From a virus: a stretch of 64,000 bases of DNA. Both the position numbers and the translations under genes were made by a program. Below the pieces are notes generated by a model. That model saw nothing but the letters and a program-made list of their open reading frames with translations. It did not search any database and was not told the origin of the DNA. Shown one piece after another: positions 40,545 through 48,424 of the stretch (positions are counted from its first letter, which is position 1; every line of letters starts with the position of its first letter). The stretch lies in the IMG/VR virus record IMGVR_UViG_3300047376_000546; one strand, 5' to 3'.

Positions 40545-40773
40545 AACTATACACCCAACTCAAATAGTTGCATGGATACAAAAAATTGAAAAAAATCTTG
40601 ATAATTTTAATTTCGATAATAAATCCGCATCTAAAGAAGAAAAATTAGAATATATTAGATATCAAAGACATTTATTTGAAATTATAAAAATGGCCTTGTC
40701 TGGTAAAGTATATTTTGTAGGTACTGCACAAGACATTAGATTTAGAGAAGATGACGATGACACAGAAAACTAG
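40537..40773 (+). CDS. Hypothetical protein (78 aa)
   Basis: Overlaps the previous ORF by 8 nt, consistent with translational coupling. No family recognised. Confidence 0.55.
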   Translation: MSRTIHPTQIVAWIQKIEKNLDNFNFDNKSASKEEKLEYIRYQRHLFEIIKMALSGKVYFVGTAQDIRFREDDDDTEN

Positions 40774-41743
40774 AACATTAAATATGCAAAACGTAAGAGT
40801 CAAGGGTACTTTGACTTTTGCAACAAATCATTTAAATTTTCCAATGTATCCAGAAGTTGGGGAAACTGCACTAGTACGTGGTGCGTTATACATCTATACA
40901 AAACTAGATGGAATTAAAACATGGTATCAACTTACAGAAAAAAGAGATACTTACTTTCACATTCAAAATAATAATGAAAGAAAATGGATTATCAATCATA
41001 ATTTTGGTACTGATGCAAATTCATTTTTTGTATATATTGAAGATAGTTTGACAACTAATTATGATGTAACATATAAAGATGATAATAGAATTGAATTGAC
41101 ATTTAGAGAACTGGCCAAAGGTAGCGTTACAGTATTCAAATATCCAGAAATTAACACATTGGACATAACTGCAGATACCGCACATGTAAAGAAAAGTTTT
41201 AAATGGTCTACAGGATTTTCAAGTATTACAAAATTTCCACATCCATATTTACACAATGGTATGGTTACTATTGCAAAAGATACAGGATTGTTATATTATT
41301 CTGATGGTAGAAAATGGAATAAAGTTATAACAGAATCTAATACAAACGAGTTAAAATCTAATATTGTCGATCAAATTAGGCCTTTATTTAACTCAATAGA
41401 CTATAAAAATATCCAAAATAAACCAGACTTGACAACCCTAAAAATTGATTGGAAATATCTAAAGAATAAACCAGAATTGGGTACTAAAGATTACAAAGAA
41501 TTATCAAATACTCCAAAACTGATATATTCCAGAATACAAAAGGTTGAAACTCAAAGTAGGTTGAAGTATACATTTGTTGATAATGAGGGAAAAAATTTAT
41601 TTATAAATAGTTCATGGATACAGGTATTTGTTGATGGTAAAATTTTATGTCCAACAAAATATACATTATTAAATGAATACGAATTACAATTTACGAATGG
41701 ACAGGAATTGAATTCTGAAATCCAAATCGTTACAATTGGTTAA
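40751..41743 (+). CDS. Hypothetical fibre-related protein
   Basis: It has a KWIINHNFGT module, three (D)Y/W-x-x-I/L-x-NKP fibre-type repeats, and a C-terminal IQVFVDG...Y...LQF small beta domain. Confidence 0.55.
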   Translation: MTMTQKTRTLNMQNVRVKGTLTFATNHLNFPMYPEVGETALVRGALYIYTKLDGIKTWYQLTEKRDTYFHIQNNNERKWIINHNFGTDANSFFVYIEDSLTTNYDVTYKDDNRIELTFRELAKGSVTVFKYPEINTLDITADTAHVKKSFKWSTGFSSITKFPHPYLHNGMVTIAKDTGLLYYSDGRKWNKVITESNTNELKSNIVDQIRPLFNSIDYKNIQNKPDLTTLKIDWKYLKNKPELGTKDYKELSNTPKLIYSRIQKVETQSRLKYTFVDNEGKNLFINSSWIQVFVDGKILCPTKYTLLNEYELQFTNGQELNSEIQIVTIG

Positions 41744-41752
41744 GGTAGAGAT

Positions 41753-42940
41753 ATGGCAGATTCAAATTTAACAGGTTCTATTAACGATTTAGTTGCAAGA
41801 TGTACATCATTAATTCCTACTTCAACAGCAAAAGAACTTTTTGATATATCTTTATGTTTAAAATCTATTAATCGAACAGAAAACAACACCGTAGAAAATT
41901 TAATTTCTACTAGAGTAGGTAATTTATTATCTACTGCAACTCCATTAGAAAAACACTATCTTTCTAGGGCAGTTTATAATCTGTTGGAAACAAATGTAGT
42001 AGTAGGTGTAGATTTACCTACTAAAACTGGACACACAAATAAATTATTAGAAACAAATGGTATATCAACAAGTTGGAGTAAAGTAGATTCTACGGATGTA
42101 ACTGGTTTAGATTTTACTGCAGCTGCTGATGGCAAAGCACTAGGATTTGATGGTACAAATATTTCTGCAGTTGATTCTCCATTCTCAAGTATAGAAACAA
42201 TTGCATCATCTGCAAATTTAGTATCTGGCACATCTGGACAATTTATTTATGCAATTGCAGAAGACACATATCATTATTGGAATGGTAGTGCATGGCAGGA
42301 AATAACTAAGGCCGCAGCATATAATTGGATAGATGCAAATACTATTTGGTATGCATCATTTGACACAAATAGAAATGAACAAATATCAAATTACGGTAAT
42401 GGTGGAGTCAATCAGGTAAATGCAAATACTGCTGTAGTCAGTGCAACTAGTACTGGTATATCAGGAAATGCACTAAAAAATATCAATTCGGGTGGAGTGC
42501 AATATGACTTCTCATCATTTTCGATGGGGTCAAATTTTACAATAGAATTCTGGGGATATATCGATACTCTCGGAAGTACTCCAGCATACTGGTTTGACAC
42601 AGGAATGGTTGAATATAAAACAGACATGATCAATTTTGATGGTGCTGGTGGAAGTAGTACAAATGCATCAATAACCGCCTCAACATCGAGTGTAACTGGG
42701 CAGTGGGTTCATCATGCAATTGTATTTTCTGGATATAATTCTGGTGGGTGTAAAGTTTACCACAATGGTAGTCAAGTCGCGTATTTAAATCCAAATGCAG
42801 GAACACCTAATATTAGTAGAGTAAAATTATATTTACACGAAACCTCAAATAATGGTATCGATTCTGCGTACATAAAACATTTTAGAATTAGTAATGCCGT
42901 AAGATATACCACAAACTTTACACCACCGGCGATAGAATAG
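41753..42940 (+). CDS. 'MADSNL' anchor-family fibre 1 with C-terminal LamG/ConA-like domain
   Basis: The N-terminal ~80 aa are shared with the 42951, 43510 and 45102 ORFs. The C-terminal NFTIEFWGYI...GQWVHHAIVF...KVYHNG...YIKHFRISNAVRYTTNFTPP is the LamG pattern. Confidence 0.75.
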   Translation: MADSNLTGSINDLVARCTSLIPTSTAKELFDISLCLKSINRTENNTVENLISTRVGNLLSTATPLEKHYLSRAVYNLLETNVVVGVDLPTKTGHTNKLLETNGISTSWSKVDSTDVTGLDFTAAADGKALGFDGTNISAVDSPFSSIETIASSANLVSGTSGQFIYAIAEDTYHYWNGSAWQEITKAAAYNWIDANTIWYASFDTNRNEQISNYGNGGVNQVNANTAVVSATSTGISGNALKNINSGGVQYDFSSFSMGSNFTIEFWGYIDTLGSTPAYWFDTGMVEYKTDMINFDGAGGSSTNASITASTSSVTGQWVHHAIVFSGYNSGGCKVYHNGSQVAYLNPNAGTPNISRVKLYLHETSNNGIDSAYIKHFRISNAVRYTTNFTPPAIE

Positions 42941-42950
42941 GAATTAAAAG

Positions 42951-43505
42951 ATGGCAGATTCAAATTTAAATACATCAACATCGGCAGTTATATCTAGAGT
43001 CGGAACACTAATTAGTAGTGCATCTGCAGAAGAATTATTAAAGTTATGTAGGACAAATGTTTTTTTAGATCAAACAGAAAATGCAACATTAGAAGTTGCA
43101 GTAGACTCTCGCGTTTCTTCCTTAACATCTACTGCAACAGCATCAGATCTTTCTAAACTTGGTAGGGCAGTTGGTTTAATGTTAGATCCAGTATATACTG
43201 CGACAGTTGGTGAAATTATTCCAAGTCAAACAGGTTCTGCAAATACATTTTTATCGACAGACGGAAATCAAGATGAATGGAATGGTGTAGTAACAAGAAA
43301 TATAACAGAAATTGGAGACGAAGTTCCAAATGACAACGATATATTGTTATATGACGGAACATCTAAATTTGATTCGAATATACCACAAATTCAATCAGTT
43401 GCAACTTCGGGAGATATTCCAGTTTCTGGTTCAGTCGCCGGTCAAGTTGTACATATACAAGCAGACGATACATTCCAGATTTGGAATGGAACTAGTTGGG
43501 GATAA
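42951..43505 (+). CDS. 'MADSNL' anchor-family short fibre 2
   Basis: MADSNLNTSTSAVISR...TENATLE...VDSRV; IPSQTGSANTFLSTDG; ends FQIWNGTSWG. Confidence 0.7.
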   Translation: MADSNLNTSTSAVISRVGTLISSASAEELLKLCRTNVFLDQTENATLEVAVDSRVSSLTSTATASDLSKLGRAVGLMLDPVYTATVGEIIPSQTGSANTFLSTDGNQDEWNGVVTRNITEIGDEVPNDNDILLYDGTSKFDSNIPQIQSVATSGDIPVSGSVAGQVVHIQADDTFQIWNGTSWG

Positions 43506-43509
43506 TTAA

Positions 43510-44100
43510 ATGGCAGATACAACATTTCATTCTACAATCAATTCTATTATTGCAGATTTAAAAACCAGTATTCCTACAGCGAATGCCGATGATTTACTTA
43601 AATATGCAAGAGTAATTAAGAATATTAGACAAACAGAAAATGATGATTTAGAACAGTTATTAAATACTAGATTAAACAGTTTATTATCTGGTGCAAACGA
43701 TGTTGCAACGATTACAAAATTATCTTTGGTGGTTAGTAAAGTATTAGACTTAGTAACACCAAATACATCCAGTGGTGCAGAATTACCAAGACAGGATGGT
43801 CAGGCCGGAGAATTCTTAAAAACTGATGGTACTGATATGTCTTGGTCAGAAATTGTAAAGGCAGATATTAGAGATATAGACCATAGTAGTTTATCTACAG
43901 GGGATGTTTTAGTATATAATAATTCTACAAATAAATTTGTAGGTATTGCAAACGCACCTACGAATACAAAAATTAATAGTTATACAGATTATGCAAGTTT
44001 CCCAGCAAACGGTAAAAATTCTACATTTGCAATTGCACAAGATACTAACAAAGTATATGCATATGCGAATGGACAGTGGCATGAATGGGGTTCTATCTAA
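43510..44100 (+). CDS. 'MADSNL' anchor-family short fibre 3
   Basis: MADTTFHSTINSII...TENDDLE...LNTRL; LPRQDGQAGEFLKTDG; ends AIAQDTNKVYAYANGQW. Confidence 0.7.
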   Translation: MADTTFHSTINSIIADLKTSIPTANADDLLKYARVIKNIRQTENDDLEQLLNTRLNSLLSGANDVATITKLSLVVSKVLDLVTPNTSSGAELPRQDGQAGEFLKTDGTDMSWSEIVKADIRDIDHSSLSTGDVLVYNNSTNKFVGIANAPTNTKINSYTDYASFPANGKNSTFAIAQDTNKVYAYANGQWHEWGSI

Positions 44101-45065
44101 TGTCAGAAACTAATTATCATAATGGTGTTTCTTACTCATATATGACAACTAATGCATCTAGTGGTAATACTACTAAAAAATATGTAATAGACACCAGTAG
44201 AGTTTCGGAAAATAATTATGTGACTAACTTACCTGTAAAGTATGATGGGGGGTATGTTTTATCCCTAAATCAATCAGGCATGAAAATTGCACACCAAAAA
44301 GATAAAACAAAAATATTCTACAATAACCCAAATGATAATATAGTATATAAATCTTATAAGTCAAATAATAATTCTAAAAATTTTTCTGGTACTTCATTTC
44401 CAATTCTATTCAATGGACATATTTCTGTAGCAAATTTTGAAGATAATCAATTTGAAGTTTGTGGGAAATATAGTTCTAAATTTATAAAAGGTTTAGTCAT
44501 TTCGGATGGTGCAAGTAGTAATAGGTTTTTATTTGTATTTGAAGATTATTTTATTCTCTGTAACAACAACATGGAGAGTATAACACAGATTAGTATAGAT
44601 GACAAGATAAAAAACATTGAAATCGGAGAAAAGACTTCAAAACTAGGTATTGTTGTATCTGGAAATAAGTATACATATTTTCTACATTTTGACGAAAAGT
44701 TGAATATTATTAAAAAAATTAAATACTATTATTCTTCAAAATCAATTACAATAAATGATAGTAATGAGATATATTCAAGTTCAGATACATACTATTATAT
44801 ACTTGGCCACAATGCTTGGGAATCCAATATAAGTTTGCCGGAATACATATTTTATGATAAAAATATCATATTAGTAGACGATGAAAATTATTTGACTATA
44901 AACTCTAAAATTGGTAGAGTAGAAAAAAACGGAAAATATATTTTCACAAGAATTCCATATTCCATTACAGAAGTAGAAAATTTTGACATTGATATTAATA
45001 GAAGTCAAAAAATTCCTACCATATTTAATATGAAAGAAACAACTATAAAAAATGCACTTTCTTAA
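44100..45065 (+). CDS. Hypothetical protein, N/K/I/Y-rich and AT-rich, possibly beta-propeller-like
   Basis: The ORF track starts at 44085. The in-frame ATG at 44100 overlaps the upstream TAA (TAATG coupling) and is the more likely start. Confidence 0.5.
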   Translation: MSETNYHNGVSYSYMTTNASSGNTTKKYVIDTSRVSENNYVTNLPVKYDGGYVLSLNQSGMKIAHQKDKTKIFYNNPNDNIVYKSYKSNNNSKNFSGTSFPILFNGHISVANFEDNQFEVCGKYSSKFIKGLVISDGASSNRFLFVFEDYFILCNNNMESITQISIDDKIKNIEIGEKTSKLGIVVSGNKYTYFLHFDEKLNIIKKIKYYYSSKSITINDSNEIYSSSDTYYYILGHNAWESNISLPEYIFYDKNIILVDDENYLTINSKIGRVEKNGKYIFTRIPYSITEVENFDIDINRSQKIPTIFNMKETTIKNALS

Positions 45066-45067
45066 AA

Positions 45068-45075
45068 TATAAATA
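45068..45075 (+). promoter_or_regulatory. T4-type late promoter box TATAAATA
   Basis: Exact match upstream of the ORF at 45102. Confidence 0.8.
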
Positions 45076-45101
45076 GTACAGAAAGTTAAGAGGAAGATAA
45101 G

Positions 45102-48100
45102 TTGGCAGATTCAAATTTAAACAGTTCTATTTCTGCACTAGTAAGTGATTTACAGAATCAAATTGCAACCGCGTCTGTAACTGAATTACTTCTTATAACT
45201 AGAGCTGCAAAGTCAATTGGGCACACAGAAAACACTGCAATCGAAATTGCGGTAAATACTCGCGTCAACCAATTAACGTCCACTGCTACAGCAGATGAAT
45301 TAGAAAAACTCGCACGAGCTGTTGATAACTTAACAGACACGACCAGTGCGGCAACTGCAACAACCTCTATAAGTGACCATACTGATGTAGATACAACCAC
45401 TACCCCACCAACTGATGGCCAGGCCTTGGTGTGGGAAAATTCTACGGCATTATGGAAACCAAATGATATTGCGTCAGGTTCTTACACTGATATATTACCA
45501 GATACAACTGCAACTTATGACTTAGGTAGTCCTTCAAAAACTTGGGTTGATGTATATGCATCAAATATAAAAGGTCTTGATGCACCCATAAATGATACTG
45601 ATGCTGCAAGAAAAAAATATGTAGACGATTTATTTGTGAGTGCGGTAGTAACTGTAAATTCTGTTAATGGTTATCAGGGATCGGTGTTACTTACCACAGA
45701 TGATGTAGATGAAGGAATTTATAATTTATATTATGATGACACAAAAGTAGATTCACACTTAAATCAAACTAGTGCAACCAACAATCAAATTCTTTCTTGG
45801 AATGGAACTGATTATGCATGGGTTGAAAATTCGTCATTCAGTACCGTATCAGTAACAACTTCTAGTGGAAAATTCTATATTGATGGCGAGCAACAATCGA
45901 TTGCAACATTACAACCTGGCCGAACTTACAGATTTGACCAGTCAGCTGCATCAAACAACTCACACCCACTTAGGTTTTCAGAAGTTTCCGATGGAACACA
46001 TGCTGGTGGGGGTGCAACAGAATACACAACAGGTGTAACTGTCAATGGTACTGCTGGTGTTGCAGGTGCTTATGTGGAGATTGTAGTTACGAATGCTACG
46101 CCAAGGTTGTACTATTACTGTGCGAATCACACAGGCATGGGTGGCAAGGTCAGTGTTGGTAAAGAATTGTTTGTTGAACGTATCACATCAGATACTTGGA
46201 TTACAGGGCCTATTCAAACTACCACAGTGAATGTAGGTACTGGTGGGTCTATCAGCGCATCACTTGCGACATTGGACTTTACTAATACTACGGTAAATTT
46301 TAGTGGTGCATCTATAGCTGGACTTAGTAATTCCGATGTTGGTTTGGCAAATATTGCAGATAATGCTCAGGGCGTAGTTGTCACCGGCCGGGTTGCTGCT
46401 GGTAGTTTAGAATTAGGTACAGGCGGTTCTATCAACGCGCAACTTGGAACATTAGACTTTACTCATACTACAGTAAATTTTAGTGGTGCAAACGTAGGTG
46501 GACTTGGTGATACCATTCAAGATGAGGTAGATTTTCATCTGAATAAAAATAATGCGGGTGGTTCAACTATTATATCAGATGGGCAAGTACTAGGTTGGGA
46601 TTCTACAGGTGGAGCGCAAGGTACGGGCGATTACGAGTGGATTGATCCAAGAGTTATTACAGGACATATAATTCCAGATGCAAACGAAACATATGATTTA
46701 GGTAGTTCTACCAATAAGTTTAGAGATTTATATTTGTCTGCAGGCACTTTATATCTTGGAGATAAAACATTTTCTCAAACTGATATTTTAGATTTTGACC
46801 TTACAATTGATCCAGAAACTTTCACAATCAATGTTGATGCACCAGACGCCGGTGGTGGAATGGATTGGAAATGGACTTGGGATGCTGGTAAGGTTGCATA
46901 TACAAGACTTAAAATTACTAATGCATTACAGTCAAATATCCCACTTTATAATGATGGTACATATATTGTAAATAACTTCGCAGCACATGATTTGCACGGT
47001 GGAATGACGCAAACACATAAAATATACCTCAAGTGGGTAGACGGGCCAGGCACAGATAATCTTGTTTCTTGGACAACTTCTACTTTGAATATAACTGGTG
47101 TAACTCATCCAGATATCAATGGTGGACAATCCACAGAAGTGCAGAGATTGAATATTAATGTTCCCTCTACAATCACACCACCAACACTTAATAACCCTGC
47201 AATTTCATATAATATTTCTTTCGCAAATGCTGGCGCATATACATTTGGTGGCTCGGCGCATGGAGATAATCCAGCATTAAATCCTTTATATCGCGGCGGT
47301 ACATATACTTTCAATCTAGATGCTAGTCTTACTGGACATCCTTTCTATCTTACCACAGATGATGGTACAAACTATGTTTCTGGTACATATGTCGGAGAAT
47401 ATACAGATGGCGTCACTGGTTCTAGGAATGAAAGTGGCACTCTTGTGTTTACTGTTCCAGCTAATGCGCCGGATACATTATATTATCAATGCGGCATTCA
47501 TGGCGCAATGAGAGGTACAATTACAATAAAAGACCTTGTGGTGGAAACAAATGCAGATAATAACTATATTCTATATTTTCAACATGACCAACAAGGTCAT
47601 AAAACTCCAGTAGAAATAAAACCAGTGCCAGTAATTGAAGATGTAGATAATCTAACACTTGTATGGGATGGAACAGCAAGTAAATTTAAAGCAAAAGACA
47701 TGGGCGAATATATGGATGATACAGTCCAATTTCAGTCTAAGTTAGAAAAGGTTATTAACGAATCTACTGTAGTTGAAACTGGTTTAAATGATACAGAAGT
47801 TTCCACAAAAATTAAAGACGAAACAATATTCAATATAAACCTACATCAAGGGGGTGCTCTGCAAGTACACACTGGTACTAAGAGATGGTATGCACCATAT
47901 AATTTACAGGTAACAGGAATTACTTCAAGACTTGGAACTGCTGCAGATGCAACTGTTGGTGTTGATATCAAAAAGAATGGAGTTTCAGAAGAAACATACT
48001 CTTTTGGTACAAATGTAACAACTACAACAATTGCTGATCAGACAATTAATATGAATGCAAATGACTATTTAACCGTTGATGTTACGAGTATTGGAACAAC

Positions 48101-48149
48101 AAATACTGGAGAAGATCTTTACGTCCAGTTTACATATAAAAAAGTATAA
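45102..48149 (+). CDS. 'MADSNL' anchor-family long fibre 4 with two cupredoxin-like domains (TTG start)
   Basis: Anchor domain as in the 41753 ORF. Fibre motifs DGQALVW, P-D-x3-YDLGS (twice) and DAARKKYVD. Cupredoxin motifs SHPL...YYYCANHTGM and GHPF...YYQCGIHGAM. C-terminal DYLTVDVTSIG beta domain. Confidence 0.75.
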   Translation: MADSNLNSSISALVSDLQNQIATASVTELLLITRAAKSIGHTENTAIEIAVNTRVNQLTSTATADELEKLARAVDNLTDTTSAATATTSISDHTDVDTTTTPPTDGQALVWENSTALWKPNDIASGSYTDILPDTTATYDLGSPSKTWVDVYASNIKGLDAPINDTDAARKKYVDDLFVSAVVTVNSVNGYQGSVLLTTDDVDEGIYNLYYDDTKVDSHLNQTSATNNQILSWNGTDYAWVENSSFSTVSVTTSSGKFYIDGEQQSIATLQPGRTYRFDQSAASNNSHPLRFSEVSDGTHAGGGATEYTTGVTVNGTAGVAGAYVEIVVTNATPRLYYYCANHTGMGGKVSVGKELFVERITSDTWITGPIQTTTVNVGTGGSISASLATLDFTNTTVNFSGASIAGLSNSDVGLANIADNAQGVVVTGRVAAGSLELGTGGSINAQLGTLDFTHTTVNFSGANVGGLGDTIQDEVDFHLNKNNAGGSTIISDGQVLGWDSTGGAQGTGDYEWIDPRVITGHIIPDANETYDLGSSTNKFRDLYLSAGTLYLGDKTFSQTDILDFDLTIDPETFTINVDAPDAGGGMDWKWTWDAGKVAYTRLKITNALQSNIPLYNDGTYIVNNFAAHDLHGGMTQTHKIYLKWVDGPGTDNLVSWTTSTLNITGVTHPDINGGQSTEVQRLNINVPSTITPPTLNNPAISYNISFANAGAYTFGGSAHGDNPALNPLYRGGTYTFNLDASLTGHPFYLTTDDGTNYVSGTYVGEYTDGVTGSRNESGTLVFTVPANAPDTLYYQCGIHGAMRGTITIKDLVVETNADNNYILYFQHDQQGHKTPVEIKPVPVIEDVDNLTLVWDGTASKFKAKDMGEYMDDTVQFQSKLEKVINESTVVETGLNDTEVSTKIKDETIFNINLHQGGALQVHTGTKRWYAPYNLQVTGITSRLGTAADATVGVDIKKNGVSEETYSFGTNVTTTTIADQTINMNANDYLTVDVTSIGTTNTGEDLYVQFTYKKV
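46236..46505 (+). repeat. Two ~90-bp in-frame direct repeats, 180 bp apart
   Basis: GTGGSISASLATLDFTNTTVNFSGASIAGL (46236-46325) and GTGGSINAQLGTLDFTHTTVNFSGANVGGL (46416-46505). Confidence 0.85.
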
Positions 48150-48152
48150 ATA
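48145..48152 (+). promoter_or_regulatory. T4-type late promoter box TATAAATA
   Basis: Exact match overlapping the 45102 ORF stop, followed by a GGAG ribosome-binding site and the ATG at 48174. Confidence 0.7.
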
Positions 48153-48173
48153 ATAGACAAATGGAGAATTATA

Positions 48174-48413
48174 ATGGATTTTACCAAAGAAATGAGTGTT
48201 GTGGATGAGAATGATGAAACTGCAACGGTCACATTCAATTTTCAAGCATCACTTGTAGATGGTGTGGCAGAAATTTTTGCAGTAGATGCAGATGGAAATA
48301 AAACAAGTTTAGTTTTACAACCTTGGAAAACCAATTCAGATGGAACAAGAAGTGATTGGGTAGACCTTGATGAAGTTGTTGATTGGTATCATGATTTAGA
48401 TGTATCATTCTAA
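48174..48413 (+). CDS. Small acidic hypothetical protein (possible fibre assembly factor)
   Basis: 79 aa with a good ribosome-binding site. It lies next to fibre genes. The function is inferred only. Confidence 0.55.
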   Translation: MDFTKEMSVVDENDETATVTFNFQASLVDGVAEIFAVDADGNKTSLVLQPWKTNSDGTRSDWVDLDEVVDWYHDLDVSF

Positions 48414-48424
48414 GGAGAAAAAAA

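Noticed and set aside
46236-46505. Near-duplicate 90-bp segments as a possible DGR template/variable repeat pair
   Set aside because: The differences are mostly synonymous and not restricted to adenines. Both copies are in-frame within one gene, and there is no reverse transcriptase in the window.
38020-47530. Cupredoxin motifs as a petE (plastocyanin) auxiliary metabolic gene
   Set aside because: They are internal domains of long fibre proteins with no signal peptide, and have HP rather than the HN motif. They are reported as virion domains, not as petE.
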